Source: an uncultured Acidobacteriota bacterium (GTDB taxonomy: Bacteria; Acidobacteriota; Thermoanaerobaculia; Multivoradales; SZUA-115). From it: a stretch of DNA of 64,000 nt. The stretch's first letter is position 1. Every line of letters starts with the position of its first letter. Made by a program: the position numbers and the translations under genes. Below, piece after piece: positions 1 through 9,303 of this stretch. The notes under the pieces are model-generated. The model made no database searches, was not told the DNA's origin, and worked only from the letters and a program-made list of their open reading frames with translations. The stretch lies in contig CAWDVR010000001.1 of NCBI GenBank assembly GCA_963805975.1, positions 256,001 to 320,000 of the forward strand, in the 5' to 3' direction.

Positions 1-1482
1 GTCGTCGATCGAGCCCGAGAGGTCGACGACGGTCGCGACCTCGTCGCGCGGCTGGTTCTCGAGCAGATGGGAGAGCCCGCCGGCGATTTTCTCGTAGAGC
101 CGCTTCAAGACCGGCTTCTTCTTGTCCTGCTGCGAGCTGTAGACATCGACGTCCTTGATCAGCGGCTTGACGTAGCCCGCGATCCGGCCGTCCTTCACCC
201 GGACCTCGGAGTACACGGCGAAGGTGCCGGCGACGACGTCGAGCTTGCCGTAGGCGCGCAGCAGCTCGTTCATCGCCGGCAGCGAAGCGTCCTCGACCGT
301 GAGGTCGAGATCGAAGCTCGGCCCGTGGTCCTGCTGGCGGAAGGTGGCGCTGGCGAGCGTAGAACCGCTCCCCATGAACCGGCCTCTGAGCTTCGCCTCG
401 GCCGGCCGTTCCCGGAGGCCGCTCGACAGATGGGTCACCACCACCTCGGTGTGGTCGAGGTAGACACGGTAGGGCTTGGGTGCGGCGCGATTGACCAGGC
501 CGAGGACGGAATCCGTGAGCTGCACCCGGTCGATGCGCATGGACAGGTCGGGCTCCGGGTCCTTGGCCAAGCGGGCAGCCTCGGTAGCTCGGACCTTCTC
601 GGCGGCGGCAGTGGCCGCGGTGTGAACGTAATCGAGAGCCAGGCCGCGAATGGTCACGTCCTCGAGGTGGGCCGCACGGTGCCGCGGGCCGTACTCGATC
701 TCCCCGCGGGAGCCGAGCACGCCGCCTTTGATCTCGAGGTTGGCGCGCGAGCTCAGGACGCCCAGCCGCTCGAGCGGCACCTCTTCCAGCCGATAGAGGG
801 CATGGACGCCGGGGTAGGGCTGCGAGAGGAAGTCGGCATGTCCCTCGGCGAAGCCACGGCCGCTGCCGAAGAGCACTGCGTCGGTACGGACGGGCGAAGG
901 ATAGGTGCCTTCCTCCGAGCGCACGTTGCGAATGTCCTCCGCCAGCAGGTTCCAGTGCGAGAGCTCGAGCGGGCGCTCGGGGTCCTGGTCGACGTAGACC
1001 ATCTCCCCCTCCCGCACCTCCACGCGGTTGAACTTCAACGGGTAGATGGCCTGGAAGGCGTCCTGCCAGCCGCGGTCCTCGAGGTCGACCTCGTCGCGGT
1101 CCTCCTCGCGCAGCTGCGGCAGGTTGACGTGCAGGCGCGGCCGATCGAAAACCGCGTCGGCCACCAGGCGGAGACGTAGCAACTGCCGCCACTCGACGCC
1201 CACCTCGACAGAGGGCAGGACGATCACCGGCGGCTCCGGGTGTGCCTGCTGGCGGACGACCGCTCCTTCGAGCGCCAGCCCCAGCTTCAAGGGCCGCAGG
1301 TCGGCGCCTGCCAGCGTGACGGTGTAGCCCTGGAGCCGCCGATTGATCTTCGATTCGAGAGTGCGGCGCAGGAGCTCGTCCGAATTCATCGCCCCCACCA
1401 GCCCGACCACGAGGAGCAGCGCGGCGATGCCTCCCCACCAGCGCAGGCGACGGGAAGAGCCCGGAGGGCGAGCGAGTCTCAT
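1..1482 (-). CDS. DUF748/AsmA-like domain-containing envelope protein (3' end runs off the window)
   Basis: Translated by hand; absent from the ORF track because there is no stop in the window. ATG at 1482: MRLARPPGSSRRLRWWGGIAALLLVVGLVG (TM) ... WQDAFQAIYPLKFNRVEVREG ... LPAMNELLRAYGKLDVVAGTFAVYSE ... GYVKPLIKDVDVY ... ENQPRDEVATVVDLSGSIDD, typical of DUF748 proteins in stress islands. Confidence 0.8.
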   Translation of the reverse strand, partial: MRLARPPGSSRRLRWWGGIAALLLVVGLVGAMNSDELLRRTLESKINRRLQGYTVTLAGADLRPLKLGLALEGAVVRQQAHPEPPVIVLPSVEVGVEWRQLLRLRLVADAVFDRPRLHVNLPQLREEDRDEVDLEDRGWQDAFQAIYPLKFNRVEVREGEMVYVDQDPERPLELSHWNLLAEDIRNVRSEEGTYPSPVRTDAVLFGSGRGFAEGHADFLSQPYPGVHALYRLEEVPLERLGVLSSRANLEIKGGVLGSRGEIEYGPRHRAAHLEDVTIRGLALDYVHTAATAAAEKVRATEAARLAKDPEPDLSMRIDRVQLTDSVLGLVNRAAPKPYRVYLDHTEVVVTHLSSGLRERPAEAKLRGRFMGSGSTLASATFRQQDHGPSFDLDLTVEDASLPAMNELLRAYGKLDVVAGTFAVYSEVRVKDGRIAGYVKPLIKDVDVYSSQQDKKKPVLKRLYEKIAGGLSHLLENQPRDEVATVVDLSGSIDD

Positions 1483-1495
1483 GGCGGTCGACGAG

Positions 1496-1511
1496 AGCAG
1501 TTTCCATGCCG
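1496..1511 (-). promoter_or_regulatory. sigma54-like -24/-12 promoter for the DUF748 gene
   Basis: Minus strand reads CGGCATGGAAACTGCT (GG-N10-GC) just upstream of ATG 1482. Confidence 0.5.
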
Positions 1512-1521
1512 GCGGTGGGCC

Positions 1522-1537
1522 CGGCACGTCGCTTGCT
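1522..1537 (+). promoter_or_regulatory. sigma54 -24/-12 promoter for the DUF6496 gene
   Basis: CGGCACGTCGCTTGCT (GG-N10-GC), followed by AGGAGG RBS and ATG 1564. Confidence 0.7.
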
Positions 1538-1563
1538 CCTCGGGCGAGCAGGAGGATCCCGCC

Positions 1564-1821
1564 ATGGCTTCGAGCCGGAAATATGGAAAAAAGGCGAGTG
1601 AGAAAGTGGAGCAGACGATGCACGAGTTCAAGCGCGGTGAACTGCGTTCGAGCTCGGGCGACAAAGTGAAGAGCCGCAAGCAGGCGATCGCGATCGGCCT
1701 CTCGGAGGCGCGGAGCGAGGGCGCCAAGGTTCCCAAGAAGCCCGCTTCCAAGAGCTCCAAGAGCTCGAACAAGAAAAGTCCGGGCAAATCCACCCGCTCG
1801 CGAGCCAAATCGTCCAAGTAG
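1564..1821 (+). CDS. DUF6496 family small basic protein
   Basis: MASSRKYGKKASEKVEQTMHEFKRGELRSSSGDKVKSRKQAIAIGLSEAR signature; K/S-rich tail; AGGAGG RBS. Confidence 0.85.
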   Translation: MASSRKYGKKASEKVEQTMHEFKRGELRSSSGDKVKSRKQAIAIGLSEARSEGAKVPKKPASKSSKSSNKKSPGKSTRSRAKSSK

Positions 1822-1858
1822 AAAGAGAAACGGCGCCGCCGCGAGCGCGGCGGCGCCG
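1821..1858 (-). terminator. Intrinsic terminator between convergent genes (probably bidirectional)
   Basis: CGGCGCCGCCGCG-AG-CGCGGCGGCGCCG perfect GC stem with a TTTCTCTTTC tail on the minus strand. Confidence 0.6.
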
Positions 1859-1878
1859 GATAGCCGACGGCAAGCGCT

Positions 1879-2103
1879 CTAGGCGCTGCGTCGCCGGTCG
1901 GCGAGAAGCAATGCGGCACCGGCGCCTACCGCCAGGACTCCAGCCCAGAGCGGAATGTTGATGTGTTCCTTCTCCGTGACTTGGAGCTCCACAGGACCGA
2001 GATCCACGCCGTGTTTCTCCTCGGTGTAGGAGAAGCCGCCGTAGACCAAACCCAGGATGCCGGCGATGATGAGCAGAAGACCCACGAGCTGTCGGCCGTT
2101 CAT
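1879..2103 (-). CDS. Small two-TM membrane protein (DUF3185-like)
   Basis: 74 aa, GLLLIIAGILGLVYGGFSYT...DLGPVEL...IPLWAGVLAVGAG; GAGGGAG RBS. Confidence 0.8.
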   Translation of the reverse strand: MNGRQLVGLLLIIAGILGLVYGGFSYTEEKHGVDLGPVELQVTEKEHINIPLWAGVLAVGAGAALLLADRRRSA

Positions 2104-2125
2104 GATCTCTCCCTCGAGTCGAAGC

Positions 2126-2443
2126 TCAGGAGCCCACTACCTTGATGCGGTTGATGACCTTGCAGACACCCTCGGTATCGCGGGCCAGCTTCTCGGCCTC
2201 GGACTTGGCCACCGCTTCCTTGACCTCGCCCGACAGCGTGACCTCGCAGCCCAGCGTGTCGACATCGATGTTGAAGGCGGAGACCTGCGGGTCGGCGATG
2301 AGCTTGGACTTGACCTTCGTGGTGATCCCAGCCTCGTCCACCTGCTCCGAGGGCGACGCCGTCGTGCGACAACCAGCGAGGCCCGGCGCCGTGAGCAACA
2401 GCAGAGCGAGGATCGAAAGCGAAACTATTCTCTTGCGGTTCAT
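2126..2443 (-). CDS. BON domain lipoprotein (OsmY-like)
   Basis: Signal peptide with LAGC lipobox; DAGITTKVKSKL...IDVDT..GEVTLSG.V...ARDTEGV.KVINRIKV is a single BON domain. Confidence 0.88.
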   Translation of the reverse strand: MNRKRIVSLSILALLLLTAPGLAGCRTTASPSEQVDEAGITTKVKSKLIADPQVSAFNIDVDTLGCEVTLSGEVKEAVAKSEAEKLARDTEGVCKVINRIKVVGS

Positions 2444-2469
2444 CTGTTTATCTCCTGTCGAAGTGAGCT

Positions 2470-2700
2470 TCAGGCCGGATTGGCGTGATCGGTCGGCTTG
2501 GGTTCGAACGAGTCCACCCAGCTGTGAAGGTTCTGCTCTGCCTGTTCCTTGGTATATCCGTAGCGCTCTTGCAGCAGACCGACGAGCTTCAATGAGTTGC
2601 CGCTCACCTGATCGACATCGTCGTCGGTGAGCTTGCCCCACTGCCGCCGTACCTCGCCGCGGAGCTGCTTCCACTTGCCTTCGAGTACGTCACTATTCAT
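2470..2700 (-). CDS. csbD: CsbD family stress protein
   Basis: MNSDVLEGKWKQLRGEVRRQWGKLTDDD...LVGLLQERYGYTKEQAE; AGGAGG RBS. Confidence 0.92.
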   Translation of the reverse strand: MNSDVLEGKWKQLRGEVRRQWGKLTDDDVDQVSGNSLKLVGLLQERYGYTKEQAEQNLHSWVDSFEPKPTDHANPA

Positions 2701-2792
2701 GAAACCTCCTAGTTGTAACTGTTAGCTCCCCAGTCTGACGAAATGGGGCTTGGGAAGATCACGGCCGCGGTAGCGGCACGACAGTAGAGAGG

Positions 2793-2808
2793 AGCAACGG
2801 CCGTGCCA
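2793..2808 (-). promoter_or_regulatory. sigma54 -24/-12 promoter for the csbD-BON-membrane protein operon
   Basis: Minus strand TGGCACGGCCGTTGCT, near-perfect consensus. Confidence 0.8.
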
Positions 2809-2837
2809 CGAGAGCTGCCCGCGGCCCAGGAGCCGCC

Positions 2838-2987
2838 TTACAACACGCGTCTGCCCTGGATCACCCGGATGAGCAGGACCACGATGGCGATGACCAGCAG
2901 GATGTGGATGAAGCCGCCCATGGTGTAGGAGCTGACCATGCCGAGCAGCCAGAGCACCAAGAGCACGATGAAGATCGTCCACAACAT
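2838..2987 (-). CDS. lmo0937/DUF5670 family small membrane protein
   Basis: MLWTIFIVLLVLWLLGMVSSYTMGGFIHILLVIAIVVLLIRVIQGRRVL; GGAGG RBS. Confidence 0.9.
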   Translation of the reverse strand: MLWTIFIVLLVLWLLGMVSSYTMGGFIHILLVIAIVVLLIRVIQGRRVL

Positions 2988-3042
2988 TTTGCGCCTCCGT
3001 TTTCGAGGAAGAGTTTGAGTGTTCGGTTCTGCCGAGCCGAAG

Positions 3043-3058
3043 AGCAACGGGCGTGCCA
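3043..3058 (-). promoter_or_regulatory. sigma54 -24/-12 promoter for the lmo0937-like gene
   Basis: Minus strand TGGCACGCCCGTTGCT. Confidence 0.8.
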
Positions 3059-3068
3059 GCTTGCCTGG

Positions 3069-3084
3069 CGGCCCATGCCTTGCA
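3069..3084 (+). promoter_or_regulatory. Possible sigma54-like promoter for the hybrid kinase
   Basis: CGGCCCATGCCTTGCA (GG-N10-GC), about 18 nt before ATG 3102. Confidence 0.45.
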
Positions 3085-3101
3085 TTCCGCCAAAGAATCC
3101 C

Positions 3102-4931
<1,830 letters not shown>

Positions 4932-5049
4932 GGAGCCGCGCGGCGGCGATCAGCAGTCTCTTCCTGCGCAGTGGAAATTCCTTCCCGGCAAGAACGCGGA
5001 AAGTGGTATCGCACTCCGTATCCTCAAGCACCCACGGGGCCTCGCAGCG

Positions 5050-5065
5050 TGGCACGCCGGTTGCT
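5050..5065 (+). promoter_or_regulatory. sigma54 -24/-12 promoter
   Basis: TGGCACGCCGGTTGCT upstream of ATG 5153. Confidence 0.8.
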
Positions 5066-5152
5066 CCCTATCCTCGGCGTTGGCAAATAACCTGGCCGCG
5101 ACGCGTGCCAGTTTTGATAGAGCCGGTTTCAAGAAACCCAAAGGAGTCCACT

Positions 5153-5599
5153 ATGAAGAAATATCTGCTCTGCCTCGCAGCTCTGACGTTGATGGTCGCC
5201 GCCACGGCGAACGCCGAGAACCTGACCGCGACGGGTACGGTCGTCTCCCTCAGCGGCGACACGCTGGTGGTCAACACCGCAAACGGCGAGAAGACGTTCG
5301 TGCTTTCCCCGAGCATCAGCCGCACCAATCTCGCAGTGAACTCGCGCGTCAACGTGGCTTACACCGACAGCAACGGTCAGTGGGTGGTTTCTCAGATCAC
5401 GCCGGCCACCACCAGCTCTTCGCTGGCTTCCGCCGCGACGCAGCCGGAGCCGGCGGTCGAGAGCACCTCGCCGACGCTCACCGAGCGTACTGCGATGGAC
5501 AACGATCAGCTGCCTGCCACGGCCAGCAACCTGCCGGCAATCCTGCTTGCGGGCTTCGCAGCACTGGCCGCGGGCTTGGCCTTGCGGCGGGTCAGCTAG
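5153..5599 (+). CDS. Exported small beta-rich (OB-fold/DUF5666-like) protein with C-terminal LPxTA sorting signal
   Basis: AAGGAG RBS; Sec signal ending ANA; S/T/P linker; LPATAS + hydrophobic helix + RR tail. Confidence 0.8.
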   Translation: MKKYLLCLAALTLMVAATANAENLTATGTVVSLSGDTLVVNTANGEKTFVLSPSISRTNLAVNSRVNVAYTDSNGQWVVSQITPATTSSSLASAATQPEPAVESTSPTLTERTAMDNDQLPATASNLPAILLAGFAALAAGLALRRVS

Positions 5600-5625
5600 C
5601 AATCTCGGCTAGGCCTGCTGCATGA

Positions 5626-5681
5626 CGGCGGGTGTCCGGACGTGAGGCTCGAGGCCTCCCCGGCGCCCGCCGATTTGTTTT
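5626..5681 (+). terminator. Probable intrinsic terminator
   Basis: CGGCGGGTGTCCGG...CCGGCGCCCGCCG stem followed by ATTTGTTTT. Confidence 0.5.
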
Positions 5682-5738
5682 AGATCACGTTTCTTTTTCG
5701 ATCATTGGTGCAGATTCTCATCGCAGAGGGAGACCTCC

Positions 5739-6818
5739 ATGAGTCGCGTAGCGTCGATAGTGCTGGCGACACTCGCCACCATCCTGTTCCTGCGCCTTGC
5801 GCAGGAGGTGGTGATCCCGCTGCTCCTCGCCTGGTTCCTCTTCTTCGCGCTCAATCCCATAGTCCGCTGGCTGGTGGCGTGGAGGCTGCCGCGGCTCGTC
5901 GCCTCCGCCGTGGTGCTCGCCGTGGTCCTCGGCGGCCTTGGATACGGCCTCTTCAGCCTGCGTGACGAGGCGCTGGAAGTGATCGAGGAGATCCCGGTCG
6001 CGGCGGCCCGACTGCGCCAGACCCTGGAGCACGAGCGGCGCCAGTCCGCTCCGGGGCCGATCGACAAGGTCCAAGACGCCGCGGCGGAGCTGGAGGCCGC
6101 CGCCACCGCCGCGTTGGGGGAGCCGGAGGTGAGGCGGGGAACGGTGCGAGTGCAGGTGGAGGAAGCGCCATTGGACGTGACCCGCTCACTGGTCTGGGGA
6201 TCGATGACGCTCTTCGGCGCGGCCGGGCAGTGGGTGATGATCCTCTTCCTGACCTACTTCCTCCTGCTCTCCGACGATCTGCTCAAGGCCAAGCTCGTCC
6301 ACCTCGCCGGGCCGACGCTGACGCGGCAGCGGATCACGGTGCAGCTTCTCGACGAGATCGGCCGCCAGGTGGGCCGCTTTCTGGGTGTGACCGCCCTGGG
6401 CAGCGCTCTCGTGGGGCTGGCGAGCTGGGCGCTCCTCTGGTGGCTCGGCGTCGAGCGCGCCGCGCTCTGGGGCCTGGCGGCGGCGGTGTTCAACACCGTG
6501 CCCTACTTCGGGCCGGTGCTGGTCACCGCCGGGCTGACGGTCGTCGCCTACCTACAGTTCGGCGATCTGGGTCCGGCTGCGACGGCGGGCGCCGTGGCTC
6601 TCCTCGTCACCACGCTCGAGGGCTGGTTGCTGACGCCGTGGCTCTTGGGGCGCGCCGCCCGCATGAATCAGGTGGCGATCTTCTGTGGCCTGCTGTTCTG
6701 GAGCTGGATGTGGGGCCTGTGGGGCATGTTGCTCGCGGTGCCCATGATGATGGTGATGAAGGCGGTCTGTGACCGGGTGGAAGGGCTTCGCCCCCTGGGC
6801 GAGCTCGTGAGCGAGTAA
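5739..6818 (+). CDS. AI-2E family transporter
   Basis: Multi-TM; FNTVPYFGP, LEGWLLTPWLLGR..MNQVAIF..LLFWSWMWGLWGMLLAVP. Confidence 0.92.
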   Translation: MSRVASIVLATLATILFLRLAQEVVIPLLLAWFLFFALNPIVRWLVAWRLPRLVASAVVLAVVLGGLGYGLFSLRDEALEVIEEIPVAAARLRQTLEHERRQSAPGPIDKVQDAAAELEAAATAALGEPEVRRGTVRVQVEEAPLDVTRSLVWGSMTLFGAAGQWVMILFLTYFLLLSDDLLKAKLVHLAGPTLTRQRITVQLLDEIGRQVGRFLGVTALGSALVGLASWALLWWLGVERAALWGLAAAVFNTVPYFGPVLVTAGLTVVAYLQFGDLGPAATAGAVALLVTTLEGWLLTPWLLGRAARMNQVAIFCGLLFWSWMWGLWGMLLAVPMMMVMKAVCDRVEGLRPLGELVSE

Positions 6819-6865
6819 GATTCCCGCCGTTTACTCGCTTCTGCACGAGCTCGAGAGGAAGACCG

Positions 6866-7654
6866 ATGCGCCGTCTGCCCGTTCTGATCGCCGCCGCTCT
6901 GATCGCGGCTTGCGTCACTCCGAAGCCGAAGCCGCCGGATACCAAGCCGGAGCCGCCCAAACCCGGGGAAACCAAGCCCGGAGAGGTCAAGCCGGGCACA
7001 CCCAAGCCCGGTACACCCAAACCGCCGACCGAGAAGCCGCCCCTCACGCCGGTCGAGCGGGTGGTCGCGGAGCTCGAAGACCAGGTGACGGCCCGGCTGG
7101 GTCGCTCGTTCGCACGCGCCGGCGTCCGGTTTCCGCCGAGCCGGCTGCACATCCTGGCCTTCAAGCAGGAGCGCCTCCTCGAGCTCTGGGCAGAGGACGG
7201 CGCCGGACCCCGGTTCATCCGTTCCTACGAGGTCCAGGCTGCCAGCGGCAAGGCGGGCCCCAAGCTGGCGGAAGGTGATCGCCAGGTGCCCGAGGGCGTC
7301 TATCGTGTGACCTGGCTCAACCCGAAGAGCAACTTCTACCTGTCGATGAAGCTCGACTATCCGAACGAGTTCGACCGCTCCAAGGCGGCGCTGGACTTCC
7401 GTACCGACCTGGGAGGCGACATCTTCATCCACGGGCGCGACCAGTCGATCGGTTGCCTCGCCCTGGGCGATGCGGGGATCGAGGATCTCTTCGTGCTCGC
7501 GGCGCGCGTCGGTGCGGAGAAGGTGAAGGTGATCATCGCCCCCAACGACTTGCGCAGCAAAGCCCCTCCCACCGAGCTGCGCTACTCCCCGGCCTGGCTG
7601 CCCGAGCTCTACCAGAAACTGCGCCGCGAGCTCGAGGCCTTCGCGCTCCGGTAG
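6866..7654 (+). CDS. L,D-transpeptidase family lipoprotein (YkuD, YafK/DpaA-like)
   Basis: LIAAC lipobox; GPKLAEGDRQVPEGVY, NPKSNFYLSMKLDYPN, catalytic IFIHG...SIGC. Confidence 0.88.
   Translation: MRRLPVLIAAALIAACVTPKPKPPDTKPEPPKPGETKPGEVKPGTPKPGTPKPPTEKPPLTPVERVVAELEDQVTARLGRSFARAGVRFPPSRLHILAFKQERLLELWAEDGAGPRFIRSYEVQAASGKAGPKLAEGDRQVPEGVYRVTWLNPKSNFYLSMKLDYPNEFDRSKAALDFRTDLGGDIFIHGRDQSIGCLALGDAGIEDLFVLAARVGAEKVKVIIAPNDLRSKAPPTELRYSPAWLPELYQKLRRELEAFALR
6920..7040 (+). repeat. Coding tandem repeat (Pro/Lys-rich KPGxx pentapeptides)
   Basis: PKPKPPDTKPEPPKPGETKPGEVKPGTPKPGTPKPP; about 15-nt periodicity. Confidence 0.7.
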
Positions 7655-7665
7655 GCGGCCGCGCG

Positions 7666-9285
7666 ATGGCGAGCGAGGTGGAGATCCGCGATCTCGTGGC
7701 GCCGCTCGGCGCCGCGGACGCTCGCACGAGCCGCGCGGCCGGTGAAGCGCTGCTGCGCCACGGAGCCGCCGCGCTGCCGGCGCTGGTGGCCGCTCTCCGG
7801 GGCGGCAATCACGAAGCCCGCAAGGCCGCGGCGTTCCTCCTCGGCCGCCTGCCGGGTACCGCGGAGACCGCCACGGCGCTGGCCACGGCGCTGGCCGATG
7901 TCGAGCCCAAGGTGCGCAAGAACGCCGCCGTCTCGCTCGGGCGCAAGGGCGGTCCGGGAGAGGTGGCTGCCGCGGCGGCGGCGCTCGAGGGCGAGACGGT
8001 CGCCTGGGTGCGGCCCTCGCTGGTGCTGGCCCTCGGCAGCCTCGGCGGCGATGCCGCCCGTTCCGCGCTGGCCGGCCTCGCGCCCCAGTCGGCCGCCGAA
8101 GAGGAGGCGTTGGCCAAGGCCATGGACCATCTGAACCGGGGGGCCGGTACCCCGGCTGACCCCGGAGCAAGGCCGGCGGTCTCCTGGCGGGAGGCTTCCG
8201 AGCTCGCCTCGGCGGTGGTCTTTGCCTCCGCGCCCCCCGGGCTCGAAGACCTCGCGCAGGCCGAGGCCGTGGAGCGCGGCCTGGCAGCGCCCGAGGTCTC
8301 CGCACGGGGGTTGCTGCAGTTTTCTCCCGGGACAAGGCCTGCGGGCCTCCAGGCGAGGTTGCGCTGCGTCTCGGAAGTTCGCCTGCTTCTCGCCCAGGGG
8401 CCACCGCTGCCGCGCTCGGCCTCACGCGAGCTCGCAGGCGGCGTCATACGGCTCCTGGCACCGGCGGGGCCGCTCCAGTCTTGGCGCTCCTGGCTCGACA
8501 CCGGCGGCGAGCCGCTGCGCTACCGCTTCGCGGTCGAAGGCCTCCGCCTGCCGAAGTCAGCCTTCCGCGACCTTCTGGGAGCGGTGCGCCACACCCTCGC
8601 CCCGCTTGGCCTGGTGGACAGCCCGTCCAACTACGCGGTGCAGCTCGTCCTCGAAGCCGCGGCGGACGGTTCCCGGCTCTGGCTCCTGCCGAGCTTCGAG
8701 ACCGACCTGCGTTTCGCCTACCGGCGGCTGGACGTGGGCGCGGCGATCCATCCCGTGGTCGCGGCCTGCCTGGCGCGGCTGGTGCGCACGCCGGCCGGGG
8801 ACGATGCGCAGGGCTCCGTGCTCGATCCCACGTGCGGCAGCGGCACGCTCCTGATCGAGCGCGCCCTGCTCTCGGACGACGTTCTCCTGCGCGGCATTGA
8901 CGTGAGCCCCACCGCGGTCGCCGCCGCCCAGCAGAACGTGGAGGCCGCGGGGCTAGGGGGCCGGATCTCGATCGAACGCCGGGACGCCGCCGACCCCGCG
9001 AGCTGGCGACCGGTCCGCGAGGTGCTGGCCAACCTGCCCTTCGGCCTTCGCACGAGATCCCAGGATCGCGGCCTCGACGCGCTCTACGCTCGGCTCGTGG
9101 GGCACCTGGGCCGCTCCCTCGCGCCGGGCGGACGGGCGGTCCTCTACACCGCGAACGCCAGGGCGCTCGAGCCGGCCCTGGTGCGCGCCGCGCCCGCCCT
9201 GCGCGTCGTGGAGAAGCGGCGGGTCTCGGCCGGCGGCCTCGAGGTCGGCGTGTGGGTGATCGAGCGCGCCGAGAGCCTGCGATAG
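7666..9285 (+). CDS. HEAT-repeat / THUMP-like / class I SAM methyltransferase fusion (RlmL/Trm14-like C-terminus)
   Basis: HEAT repeats (ARKAAAFLLGRL, VRKNAAVSLGR); PPGLEDL; AAIHPVVAACLA, VLDPTCGSGTLLIE, LANLPFG. Confidence 0.78.
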   Translation: MASEVEIRDLVAPLGAADARTSRAAGEALLRHGAAALPALVAALRGGNHEARKAAAFLLGRLPGTAETATALATALADVEPKVRKNAAVSLGRKGGPGEVAAAAAALEGETVAWVRPSLVLALGSLGGDAARSALAGLAPQSAAEEEALAKAMDHLNRGAGTPADPGARPAVSWREASELASAVVFASAPPGLEDLAQAEAVERGLAAPEVSARGLLQFSPGTRPAGLQARLRCVSEVRLLLAQGPPLPRSASRELAGGVIRLLAPAGPLQSWRSWLDTGGEPLRYRFAVEGLRLPKSAFRDLLGAVRHTLAPLGLVDSPSNYAVQLVLEAAADGSRLWLLPSFETDLRFAYRRLDVGAAIHPVVAACLARLVRTPAGDDAQGSVLDPTCGSGTLLIERALLSDDVLLRGIDVSPTAVAAAQQNVEAAGLGGRISIERRDAADPASWRPVREVLANLPFGLRTRSQDRGLDALYARLVGHLGRSLAPGGRAVLYTANARALEPALVRAAPALRVVEKRRVSAGGLEVGVWVIERAESLR

Positions 9286-9303
9286 GGGAAGCGCGCAGCC
9301 GAG

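Noticed and set aside
67-1179. 370-aa plus-strand ORF
   Set aside because: Antisense shadow of the DUF748 gene on the minus strand; no recognisable motifs.
5095-5110. Minus-strand TGGCACG as another sigma54 promoter
   Set aside because: No GC at the -12 position and no gene downstream in that orientation.
6920-7040. Short periodic repeats as a CRISPR array or VNTR element
   Set aside because: In-frame Pro/Lys linker with no unique spacers; no cas genes seen in the window.
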